From Chryseobacterium gleum (GTDB lineage Bacteria > Bacteroidota > Bacteroidia > Flavobacteriales_D > Crocinitomicaceae), in assembly GCA_945902775.1 (NCBI GenBank), contig CAMDMY010000004.1, positions 5,914 to 69,913 on the forward strand: a DNA stretch of 64,000 nt. Direction: 5' to 3'. A program made the translations under genes and the position numbers. Positions 19,707 to 30,800 of this stretch are shown piece after piece (position 1 is the stretch's first letter; the number at the start of each line of letters is the position of its first letter). The notes below the pieces were generated by a model. It did not search any database, was not told where the DNA came from, and was given only the letters and a program-made list of their open reading frames with translations.

Positions 19707-20546
19707 ATGCTAGAGAGCGGTAAACAAGATTTAAGTGAAACTGATTTTCATAAATTAGCAGCATTTATTTATGATAATTATGGAATAAAGTTGCCGATTA
19801 CAAAAAAAATTATGCTTGAATCTAGATTAAAACCTAGGTTGAGAATTAATAATATGAGCTCATATAAGGAGTATAGTCAATTTATTTTATCTGGAAAATG
19901 TGGAGAAGCAGAAATCATAAATATGATTGATTTAGTTTCAACAAATAAAACCGATTTTTACAGGGAATCTGCTCATTTTGATTTCATGAAAGAAGTAATA
20001 TTACCGGAGCATTATAACAATCATTCTGAAAGACCTTTTAAAGTATGGAGCTCAGCAAGTTCCTCTGGTGAAGAAGCTTATACGACTGCAATTGTGATAA
20101 ATGAATTTTTGGAGGGAAAAAAATCGTTCGATTTTTCAATTCTAGGTACGGATATTTCTACGAGGATTATAGAAAAAGCTGCTATCGCAATATATCCAAT
20201 CGACAGAGTTGATGTAATTCCGTTATCTCAAAAGAAAAAATATTTATTGAGAAGTAAGGATACTGAAAATCCCACTGTGAGAATTGTTCCAGAGTTAAGA
20301 GCTAAAACTCGTTTTCAGCGATTGAATTTAATGGATAATTCGTATGATGTACCAAAAGATTTTGATGTTATTTTTTGTAGAAACGTGTTGATTTATTTTG
20401 ATAGAGAGACTCAAGAAAAAGTGATATCTAAATTATGTTATCATTTAAGAAAAGGAGGTTATTTTTTTCTAGGACATTCAGAATCTATTTCAGGATATGA
20501 TGTCCCGTTAAAACAAATTAAACCAACTATGTTTCAAAAAATATAA
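19707..20546 (+). CDS. cheR: Chemoreceptor glutamate methyltransferase CheR
   Basis: TDFYRE..., VWSSASSSGEEAYT, IFCRNVLIYFD. Confidence 0.92.
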   Translation: MLESGKQDLSETDFHKLAAFIYDNYGIKLPITKKIMLESRLKPRLRINNMSSYKEYSQFILSGKCGEAEIINMIDLVSTNKTDFYRESAHFDFMKEVILPEHYNNHSERPFKVWSSASSSGEEAYTTAIVINEFLEGKKSFDFSILGTDISTRIIEKAAIAIYPIDRVDVIPLSQKKKYLLRSKDTENPTVRIVPELRAKTRFQRLNLMDNSYDVPKDFDVIFCRNVLIYFDRETQEKVISKLCYHLRKGGYFFLGHSESISGYDVPLKQIKPTMFQKI

Positions 20547-20598
20547 CTAAATGACTACATTTATTTAGCATTTTATAAATGATTTATTATAAAATAAT

Positions 20599-21501
20599 AT
20601 GAAAAAACAATTGACGGATGAAGAGTTATTGAGCGAGTTAAAAAGACGCTTTGATGAGAATAAAAAAATGTTAGAAGATGAACGATTGCTGATTGAAGAG
20701 TTAAATAATGTTAATCAAAAATTATTAGCTTCAGAAAATTTAAAAAGTAATTTTTTATCGAATATTAGAAACGAGATTAATAACCCAATTGCATCGATTT
20801 TAGAATTATCTAAAAATATAAAAGAGGGTCAAATGGATGTTGAATCGATGAAGAGGTTTGCATCTTTGATTTTTTCTGAAACATTTGATTTAGATTTTCA
20901 GTTAAGAAATATTTTCTTGTCTGCGGAAATTGAAGCTGGTGAATCTCCTCTTTCAGTTATTTCTGTAAATATTACGTCTATTGTTTCCAATGTTATAGAT
21001 TCTTTTAAAGCTAAAATTGATAAAAAGGGTATCGAATTAATCTACAATAACACAATTGAGGAAAATACTATTTTTAAAACGGATTCTGAAAAACTACACC
21101 TTATACTTTGTAATCTTTTAGCGAATGCCATTCAATTTAATGATTATGGAGGGAAAATCGAAATTGATACAAAAATTGAAGATAACAAATTCTTTTTTTC
21201 TATAAAAGACAATGGAATTGGTATAGCAGAGGATGAATTAGAAAAAATTTATGATCGTTTTCATCAGATAGAATCAGGCGCTACAAAAACGTATGGTGGG
21301 CATGGTTTAGGTTTAAGTATTACAAAAGCCTTACTTGAAATTTTGGAGGGTAAAATTATTGTTTATAGTAATATAGGTGTAGGGAGTAATTTTATTATCG
21401 AAATTAACCAACTTGATCTAACTGAAGGAGATGAAGATGTTTACTCCTCTGATGGGAATGATTTCTTGTTTGATCAAGAAGAAGATGATATGTTATTTTA
21501 A
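20599..21501 (+). CDS. Cytoplasmic histidine-kinase-like protein lacking the phospho-acceptor His (H-box FLSNIRNEINNPI)
   Basis: Coiled-coil N-terminus. DHp helix aligns to FLANMSHEIRTPL, with Asn58 (AAC at 20770-20772) in the His position. Intact N, G1 and G2 boxes: LLANAIQFN, DNGIGI, GGHGLGLSI. Confidence 0.8.
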   Translation: MKKQLTDEELLSELKRRFDENKKMLEDERLLIEELNNVNQKLLASENLKSNFLSNIRNEINNPIASILELSKNIKEGQMDVESMKRFASLIFSETFDLDFQLRNIFLSAEIEAGESPLSVISVNITSIVSNVIDSFKAKIDKKGIELIYNNTIEENTIFKTDSEKLHLILCNLLANAIQFNDYGGKIEIDTKIEDNKFFFSIKDNGIGIAEDELEKIYDRFHQIESGATKTYGGHGLGLSITKALLEILEGKIIVYSNIGVGSNFIIEINQLDLTEGDEDVYSSDGNDFLFDQEEDDMLF

Positions 21502-21565
21502 ATTAGAAATTGAATGCCTGAGGTTGTTAATTTTTAATCTAAGGTATTTTGTAGTAATATAGAAA

Positions 21566-23112
<1,547 letters not shown>

Positions 23113-23135
23113 TTTATTATTTTTAATGATGGGTA

Positions 23136-23303
23136 TTTTCTACCATATAAGACATATTAGGACATATAAGGAAATGCACACGTATGAGATTTATTTTGTA
23201 AAATAAACATTTAAATGATTAATTTTCCAACTATATAATGTATTAAGCAAATAAGAAAATACACGCAGCCTTATATGATCTTAAATGCCTAATATGGTAA
23301 AAG
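23136..23303. repeat. Imperfect inverted pair of a roughly 35-nt AT-rich motif upstream of the GxxExxY gene
   Basis: The reverse complement of 23136-23171 (ccttatatgtcctaatatgtcttatatggtagaaaa) matches 23269-23303 (ccttatatgatcttaaatgcctaatatggtaaaag) at about 28 of 36 positions. Confidence 0.65.
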
Positions 23304-23351
23304 AAAATCAACTGCGAAGAATAAAAACTTATGTAGTAATAAGAAATATAA

Positions 23352-23765
23352 ATGAAAACTAAAGAATATTACAAACAACTGATTTACAAAGTAAATGGAG
23401 CAGCTATTGAAGTTCATAAAGAGCTTGGACCTGGTTTATTAGAAAGTGTATATCATAAATGTTTGAAATATGAATTAGAACTCCGTGGAATTGAATTTTG
23501 TTCTGAATTAGTAGTGCCAATTGATTATAAAGGGTTGAGATTAGATGCTGATTTAAAATGTGATTTATTTATTGAAAACTCATTGGTAGTAGAATTAAAA
23601 TCAGTTTTAAAAGTATTGCCTGTTCATGAAGCACAAATACTTACTTATATGTCATTACTTGAGGTTCCGATGGGATTAATGTTAAATTTTAATTGCACTA
23701 ATTTATATAAAGAAGGACAAAAAACATATGTAAACTATATGTATAAAACTTTAGAAGAATCATAA
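23352..23765 (+). CDS. GxxExxY family protein (PD-(D/E)XK-like fold)
   Basis: 137 aa: HKELGPGLLESVYHKCL ... DLFIENSLVVELKS ... HEAQILTYM. Confidence 0.85.
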   Translation: MKTKEYYKQLIYKVNGAAIEVHKELGPGLLESVYHKCLKYELELRGIEFCSELVVPIDYKGLRLDADLKCDLFIENSLVVELKSVLKVLPVHEAQILTYMSLLEVPMGLMLNFNCTNLYKEGQKTYVNYMYKTLEES

Positions 23766-23780
23766 ATCTTTTGATAATTT

Positions 23781-23814
23781 CTTATATGACCTTACATTCC
23801 TTAAATGGTAAAAA
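23781..23814. repeat. Third copy of the 34-nt motif, in direct orientation relative to 23270-23303
   Basis: cttatatgaccttacattccttaaatggtaaaaa against cttatatgatcttaaatgcctaatatggtaaaag: 28 of 34 identical by hand alignment. Confidence 0.65.
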
Positions 23815-23849
23815 AATAAATAAAATTTAAAAGTAAAAAACATAACAAA

Positions 23850-24212
23850 ATGAAAAAAGTATTAATTGTAGATGATTCAATGTATATGCGAACATTAATA
23901 AAAACAGCATTAACAGCAACTGAAAGATATGAAATTATTGGTCAGGCAGCTACTGGTAGTCAAGGTATTGAAATGGCATTAGAATTTGAGCCAGATTTAA
24001 TTACCATGGATAATATTTTACCAGATATGATTGGTATTGATATTGTTAAAGAATTACGTGCAGAAGGAATATCAGCAAAAATAATTATGGTTAGTGCTGT
24101 CGGACAAGACGATGTTGTTGAAGAAGGGATAGCGAATGGAGCACAAGACTATTTAGTAAAACCTTTTACAGCAGATCAATTAGTAGAAAGAGTAGACAAT
24201 TTATTTGTTTAA
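23850..24212 (+). CDS. Second CheY-like single-domain response regulator
   Basis: 120 aa: IVDDS, ITMDNILPDM, MVSA, VKPF. Confidence 0.88.
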   Translation: MKKVLIVDDSMYMRTLIKTALTATERYEIIGQAATGSQGIEMALEFEPDLITMDNILPDMIGIDIVKELRAEGISAKIIMVSAVGQDDVVEEGIANGAQDYLVKPFTADQLVERVDNLFV

Positions 24213-24237
24213 TTTTCTTAACTAAAAACTACAGATT

Positions 24238-24849
24238 ATGATGAAAGATTTGACTCCACAGGAGATAGACGTTGCTAGAAAAATAATTTCAGCAGGTTTA
24301 GTAAAATCAGCAGAATCGTTATCATTTTTTATGAATGAAACTATTTCATTGAAAGATTTTGATGCTGAAAAGAATTTAGATAATCCACCTTTAGAATTAG
24401 GTAAAAAAGATGAAAGTAATATTCATTTACTAACTACAAAGGTTATTGGTGAAATGAAAGGAATTTGTTGTTTGATTTTTTCAGAAGAAGAAGCAAATCA
24501 TTTAAGAAAAGCAGCACTTCCTCAAGAAATTTTAGATAGTCCTGAAATGATGGAAGAAATGAGTGATGGAATTATGTTAGAGGTTGATAATATTATTTCA
24601 GCATCAGTAATTACTCAATTTTCTAATTTATTAAAAGTTAAAATTCATGGTGGTGTACCGGACTTGAAAAAAGTTTCTTTTGAGGAAATGGAAGATTACA
24701 TTTCTAGTGAAGTTAATAACGAACTGTATTTAATCAGTTTTAAAACAAGTTTTGAATCATCTAAAGCACAATTTAATCCTGAATTTGTCTGGTTGTTTGA
24801 TAATACATTTATTGACAATATAAAAAAATATGCAGCATTAGAAGTTTAA
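24238..24849 (+). CDS. CheC/CheX/FliY-family CheY-P phosphatase-like protein with one intact active-site motif
   Basis: E115-x2-N118-x22-P141 (LEVDNIISASVITQFSNLLKVKIHGGVP; nt 24580-24660) fits the E-x2-N-x22-P family signature. The N-terminal repeat lacks E..N. Confidence 0.6.
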   Translation: MMKDLTPQEIDVARKIISAGLVKSAESLSFFMNETISLKDFDAEKNLDNPPLELGKKDESNIHLLTTKVIGEMKGICCLIFSEEEANHLRKAALPQEILDSPEMMEEMSDGIMLEVDNIISASVITQFSNLLKVKIHGGVPDLKKVSFEEMEDYISSEVNNELYLISFKTSFESSKAQFNPEFVWLFDNTFIDNIKKYAALEV

Positions 24850-24880
24850 TTATCCTACTAAATTTTGAAATATTTCCCCT

Positions 24881-26167
24881 ATGAAAGTATTAATAATCGA
24901 AAATGATGCAACTCATACCTTCAAGTTAAAAGAGATTTTAACAAATTTAGGATATGAAAAAGTGGAAATTGTATCTGATAGTCAATCAGCAATTATCGCA
25001 TTTGAAAAAGATCAACCAAACTTAATTTTAGTTGATTTAAATGATTCAGAATTTAGATATATTGAAGTAGTCACTCAATTTAAGAAAAGTAAAGAAATTC
25101 CCGTTTTATATATTGTTTCAAGTTTAAATGAAGAAATTTTAGAAAAAACAAAGAGTACAGAACCAATTGGGTTTATTACAATTCCTGTCGATATACTTCA
25201 ATTAAAATCGTTAATTAATATAGCATTTACGTTACATTCAAAATTCACTAGCAATATTGATCAATTGAATGAACAACTAAATATGGCAATGTTGCAAGTA
25301 GATGAGTTAACAGAGACAAATTCACATTTAATTACAGCTACATTTAGAGAAAGAGCCTTAAAACAAGAGTTAGGTCAAACTAAAGCACTTATTGAGGCTC
25401 AAAGTAAGAAGATAGTAGATAGTATAAATTATTCTTTAAGAATTCAACAGTCAATAATACCTTCTTCAGAAACTTTTAAAGAAGCATTAGGTAATCATAG
25501 TGTTTTTTATAAACCAAAAGATGTCGTGTCAGGAGATTTTCCTTGGTTAATGAGAAAAGACAACTATGTGTATTATGGAGCAATTGATTGTACAGGACAT
25601 GGGGTTCCTGGAGCGATGATGTCAATGATTGGGAATTTATTGTTAAATGCGATAGTTGAGAACGGAAATTCTTGTAAAACACCTTCAGAAGTCTTAGCTG
25701 AACTTCACAAAGCAGTTGTTCAAACTCTAAAACAAGATGCGGAAGGGAATAAAGCTGCAGATGGAATGGATGCTGCTTTATGTAGAATCGATTTTGAAAA
25801 GAAAGAATTGTTATTTTCTGGAGCGCATCTTCCTTTGTTACTTTTAAGAGACGGAGAATTGGAGACATTTAAAGGGGATAAGTTTCCTGTTGGTGGTATG
25901 CAATATCGTAATCGAAATACGTATTCCGATCACACAATTCAATTGAAAGAAAAAGATCGTGTTTTTGTTTTTTCTGACGGTATTATTGATCAAGTTGGTG
26001 GAGAGGAAAACATGAAATGGATGACATCTAGATTAAAAGAATTTATTCTTGAAAATCAAGATGTATCAATGACCGATTTTAAAGAAACGATTAGCCAGAA
26101 GTTTGAAGAATTTAAAGGGGAACACAAACAAGTTGATGATGTATTATTAATAGGTGTTGAAATCTAA
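24881..26167 (+). CDS. Receiver-domain-fused PP2C/SpoIIE-family Ser/Thr phosphatase (SiaA/RsbU-like)
   Basis: Atypical N-terminal REC: IIEND, Asp52 in LILVDLN, ITIP in place of the KP motif. Coiled-coil linker. PP2C motifs VSGDFPW, DCTGHGVPGAMMS, DGMDAAL, SDGIIDQ, DDVLLIGVEI. Confidence 0.85.
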   Translation: MKVLIIENDATHTFKLKEILTNLGYEKVEIVSDSQSAIIAFEKDQPNLILVDLNDSEFRYIEVVTQFKKSKEIPVLYIVSSLNEEILEKTKSTEPIGFITIPVDILQLKSLINIAFTLHSKFTSNIDQLNEQLNMAMLQVDELTETNSHLITATFRERALKQELGQTKALIEAQSKKIVDSINYSLRIQQSIIPSSETFKEALGNHSVFYKPKDVVSGDFPWLMRKDNYVYYGAIDCTGHGVPGAMMSMIGNLLLNAIVENGNSCKTPSEVLAELHKAVVQTLKQDAEGNKAADGMDAALCRIDFEKKELLFSGAHLPLLLLRDGELETFKGDKFPVGGMQYRNRNTYSDHTIQLKEKDRVFVFSDGIIDQVGGEENMKWMTSRLKEFILENQDVSMTDFKETISQKFEEFKGEHKQVDDVLLIGVEI

Positions 26168-26170
26168 TAT

Positions 26171-26704
26171 ATGGAATATACTTATACATTGCAGAAAATA
26201 ATGGCAGAGAGTAATTATCTACTGGCCATTAGAGATAATTTTGAAAGTTTATTATCCAAATCGGTTTTTTCAATTGTTGAAAGTCAAATTTCGAATGATA
26301 AGCTAGATGTAAATATTAAAAATAGAATATTTAGTGTCGTTGTTGAATGTGTTCAAAATATTTGTTCAAATGATAAAGCACATTCTACTACAAAAAATTC
26401 TATCTTACTGTTAAATAAAGTTGATTATGGACATAATATTGTTGTAGGTACCAAACTCAATGAAGAAAGAAAATTAAGATTAGAAAAAATTTTAACTGAA
26501 ATTTCAACATCAAGCATTGAAGAACTAAAAATAAAAAGAAAAAGTATAATTTCTTCTAGGACTAATTTAGAGGAATATCAAAAGGAGATATTAGCTTTAA
26601 TTGATATGTTTATACGCTCGGCTGGAAAGGTGAAATATCACTTTCAAGGAGAAGATGGGAACGATTGTTTTTTAATAATTGAAATAGAAATTTCTAATAA
26701 ATAA
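26171..26704 (+). CDS. SiaB-like small GHKL-fold protein, paralogue 1 (Gly-rich ATP-lid motif not detectable)
   Basis: 177 aa. Similar in length and pattern to the next ORF (FSVVVECVQNI against FNVMVEQLQNI) but has no GxGLG box. Starts 3 nt after the phosphatase gene. Confidence 0.5.
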   Translation: MEYTYTLQKIMAESNYLLAIRDNFESLLSKSVFSIVESQISNDKLDVNIKNRIFSVVVECVQNICSNDKAHSTTKNSILLLNKVDYGHNIVVGTKLNEERKLRLEKILTEISTSSIEELKIKRKSIISSRTNLEEYQKEILALIDMFIRSAGKVKYHFQGEDGNDCFLIIEIEISNK

Positions 26705-26708
26705 AATT

Positions 26709-27266
26709 ATGACTCTTAAGGATACATCTTTAAAACAAATTCATTCAATTATGAATGATGAAAATGCAGTTTTAATATACTCGGGAGAATTTAATCAAGA
26801 GATTGTGAAATCTATGTTAAGTTACACCGAAGGAAAATTAGAATCTTCAGGTATTGATGACCTAGTTAGAAAAAAGATTTTCAATGTGATGGTTGAACAA
26901 CTTCAGAATATAACTAAACATCAATACACAGATGAAGAAAAACAAGTAATTCAACCATGTTTTATATTGATTGAACATGAAAATTATTATAATCTTGTTA
27001 CAGGTAATCCGATTCATATTGACACCATACAGATGGTAAAAGATAGAATAGATCAAGTGAATAGTTTGAATGCTGAAGAATTAAAAGCCTTATACAAACA
27101 AGCAAGGTTGAATTCAAGAATATCTGAAGTCGGTGGAGCAGGTTTAGGGTTTATTGATGTTGCTAGAAAAACAGAAAATAAACTTGAATTTGCTTTTTTT
27201 GATATCGACTCAGAAAATTATAAATATTTCACTTTGAAAACTCAAATAAATAAAATTATTGAGTAA
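26709..27266 (+). CDS. SiaB-like small protein kinase (GHKL fold), paralogue 2
   Basis: 185 aa. N-box-like VEQLQNITKH. G-box EVGGAGLGFIDVARK (nt 27132-27149). Flanked by the PP2C and DUF1987 genes. Confidence 0.6.
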   Translation: MTLKDTSLKQIHSIMNDENAVLIYSGEFNQEIVKSMLSYTEGKLESSGIDDLVRKKIFNVMVEQLQNITKHQYTDEEKQVIQPCFILIEHENYYNLVTGNPIHIDTIQMVKDRIDQVNSLNAEELKALYKQARLNSRISEVGGAGLGFIDVARKTENKLEFAFFDIDSENYKYFTLKTQINKIIE

Positions 27267-27344
27267 TTAAAGTAATAAATCATTGTTACTTTTGTAAAAA
27301 ATAGAATCTTAATATTGGTATATATACTATTAAAAAAATAAAAA

Positions 27345-27722
27345 ATGGAACACTTAGTAATTGCGAAAACAGATGATACTCCAGAAATTGACTTCAATCC
27401 TGGAACAAAAGAATTAAAAATTAGTGGTAGATCTTTACCAGAAGATGTAACTACTTTTTATGCACCTGTTCTAGAATGGTTAGATGAGTTGGAAGAATCA
27501 GCTATAGGCGAACTTAAATTCATCGTTAATTTAGAATATTTTAACACAGCATCATCAAAATTAATTTTAGATATTTTGATGAAATTGGAAGATATTCATT
27601 CAGAAGGAAGTAATTCAATAGAAATTATTTGGAATTTTGATAAGCGAGATACGGATATGGAAGAGGCTGCTGAAGAATACTCAGAACTGGTTGAAGTTCC
27701 TTTTCAAATAATTGGAATTTAA
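27345..27722 (+). CDS. DUF1987 / SiaC-family regulatory phosphoprotein
   Basis: 125 aa: TPEIDFNPGTKELKISGRSLPEDVTTFYAPVLEWL. YFNT68ASSK, with the Thr codon ACA at 27546-27548. Confidence 0.75.
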   Translation: MEHLVIAKTDDTPEIDFNPGTKELKISGRSLPEDVTTFYAPVLEWLDELEESAIGELKFIVNLEYFNTASSKLILDILMKLEDIHSEGSNSIEIIWNFDKRDTDMEEAAEEYSELVEVPFQIIGI

Positions 27723-27750
27723 TTTTTTTTTGTAAAGGTAAGGCTATATG

Positions 27751-27828
27751 CTTTATCTAATAGTTAAGAGTAATATAAACGCGATTCATAAGTCTATTGT
27801 CTTTTATCTAATAGTCTAAATATCTAAA
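27751..27828. repeat. TCTAAT/TCTATT-type short repeats upstream of the ABC transporter gene
   Basis: ctttatctaatag (27751-27763) and cttttatctaatag (27801-27814). gtctattgtcttttatctaatagtctaaatatctaaa resembles the array at 1284-1350. Confidence 0.55.
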
Positions 27829-27833
27829 AAAAG

Positions 27834-30800
27834 ATGAGTGAGGAAATATTAAAGGCATTGATGCAACTTTTCGCCATAATCTATAAACAAGATACGGGGG
27901 GAGAAAAGATTCAAGATAATTATGTAAGAGAGTTTTTGCTTTCTCAAATTTCACGAGAAAGATTTGATACCTACTTCGATCAGTATACTGAATATATAAA
28001 TGCTGAATCATCAGAAACAGGCGAAGTAAAAAGAACTTCTGTAAAAGATTCTGTTCGAACTTTAGCAATTTGTAAAAGAATTAATAAAACTCTTTCTCAA
28101 AAACAAAAATCCATTGTATTAGTTCGTATCACTGAGTTTATTCACATAACTGAAACAATCTCGCCATTGAGATTAGAGTTACTGGCAACAATAAGTGAGG
28201 TATTTAAGATCGAAAAGAAAGAATCTGAAAACATTTTAGCATTTACAGCAGCTAAATCACTTGATGATGTAATCAGTAATGAAGATTTTCAACTTTATTT
28301 GGATAAAGAATATTTCAACGTTAACGATGGTCGAGTTTATAATAAAGATGGTCTAAATGCAATCTTTTATTTTTGTTTAATAGAATCTGCAGGAATCGTT
28401 TTGTTCAGGTTTTTCGGAGATATAACCGTAAATTTAAATGGTTTACAGATTAAAGAAAATAAAACCTATGTAGTAAATGATGGTTCGACTATTCGTACTC
28501 CAAAATCTTCTGTATTTTTCAGTGAGATTTTAACTAATATTCGTAAAAAAGGTACTTCAGAAAATATTCTTTTTGATGCTTCTATTCCAAAGTATACATT
28601 TCCTAATGGAAAAGTAGCACTTGAAGGAATTGAAATTGTTGAAGAATCAGGAACGTTGTTTGGGATAATGGGAGGTTCTGGAGCAGGAAAAACAACACTA
28701 TTAAATGTGCTGTCTGGCATTGAACCAACCGATCAAGCGACTGTTTTATTGAATGGTTACGATATAAAAACAAACGAAGCAAAAGCCAACGTAGGTTTTA
28801 TTCCTCAAGACGACCTATTGATGGAAGAGTTATCTGTTTTCCAAAATTTATACTATAATGCGAAATTATTGAACGATACTTGGAATGAGGTAGAGTTGAA
28901 TGAAAGAATTGAAAAAGTTTTAAAAGAATTAGGTCTTTTTGAAATAAAAGATATTACCGTTGGAAATCCATTGAATAAAAAGATTTCTGGAGGACAAAGA
29001 AAACGTTTAAATATTGCATTAGAATTAATCAGAGAGCCTTTGGTTCTTTTTGTTGATGAGCCTACTTCTGGATTATCTTCAAAAGATTCTGAAAATGTTA
29101 TGCAATTGTTGAAACATTTAACACAAACAGGAAAAATCATATTTGTGGTTATTCATCAACCAGCAAGTGAAATTTATAAGTTGTTTGATAAGTTATTTAT
29201 TTTAGATGTTGGAGGTTTGCCAGTTTATTACGGAAATCCAATTGAAGCAGTAATTTATTTTAAAACAATTACAAATCAAATTAATCACGAAATAGGTGAG
29301 TGTGGCTCTTGCGGAAATGTAACTCCAGAACAAATTTTTGATACTCTTGAAGATAAAGAGATTGATGATTTCGGGAATTTTACTCAGCATAGAAAAATTA
29401 AACCAGATACGTGGAATAAATACTTTAAGGAAAAATTCACACCGAAAGATGTTGTGAAAGATAAAGAGTACGATAAATTAGTAACTATCAATCCTCCAAG
29501 TCTTTTGAAACAGTTTTTTGTTTTTTTTACGAGAGATATTCTTTCAAGATTTAATGATAAGCAATACGTATTAATTGCTTTATTAGAAGCTCCTGTTTTA
29601 GCTGCGCTTTTGAGTTTTATTGTTAAAAGTTCAAACAACACAGATAATGAGTATACATTTAGTATGAACGAAAATGTGCCTGCGTATATTTTTATGTTAA
29701 TTATTGTGGCGCTATTTGTAGGTTTAACAATAAGTGCTGAAGAGATTTTTAAAGATCAAAAAATTTTAAAAAGAGAAAAGTTTTTAAGATTATCTCGATT
29801 AAGTTATTTAAAATCAAAAGCGGTTTATTTGACTTTGTTATCTATCGTTCAGTCATTTTTACTGTGTGCTGTTGGTAATTTGATAATTGAATTATATGAT
29901 AATTTCTTCTATTATTGGATGTTAATTTTCTCTGTTTTTGTTTTCGGAAATATTTTAGGATTGTTGCTTTCATCTAGTTTTAAAACGATTGTAACAATTT
30001 ATATCATTATTCCTTTAATCGTTATTCCTCAAATGATATTGGGTGGCGCTATGTTCAAATTTGAAAATTTAAATAAATCAATGGGTGGCGGACATCATAT
30101 TCCTGTTGTGTCTAATTTAATGGTTTCAAAATGGGCATATGAAGGAATAATGGTAGCTCAATTTTCTCAAAATAAATATGAAAAAGAAGTTTTTGAATAT
30201 GAACAATTATTGAGTGAGTATAATTATCGGACTTCTTATTTATATCCTTATTTGACAGATGTTTTAAATGACCAATTAACAGGAAGAAAAACTGAGAAAA
30301 ACAAATGTTCTGATACTGTTTATACTACTTTGAAATTTGAAGCAACAAAAACAATTGCGAAAAGTATGTTAACGTATGACCTGAATGATAAGTCAATTGG
30401 AAATGCACAAAAATTCATTGATGATTTAACCAATTTATATCAAGATAAACAAAATGAATTATCGCGATTAAAAGATGAGAAGGTAATCACTCTTAATAAA
30501 AAGTTAGGGAAGAATTCATTAATGAATTTGAAAAGAGGTTTTCAAAATGATGCATCATCAGACATTGTTCAAAATTCTACTACTAAAAAGAAGTATTTTG
30601 TAGAAAATAATAGGGTATATCAAAATTATGATCATATTTTCTTAAGAGATCATTTGAATCCAGATTATAATTTGGAAGGTTCATTTATGTTTGTCCCAAT
30701 AAAATCATTTTTTGGTAACCAAATTCCAACTTTTTGGTATAACATAATAATTATATGGTTATTTAATATTTTATTATTTATAGCATTATATTTTGATGTA

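Noticed and set aside
23113-23849. Calling the GxxExxY cassette a mobile element
   Set aside because: Flanking repeats are present, but there is no transposase, integrase or target-site duplication that I can define. It is reported only as a repeat-bracketed cassette.
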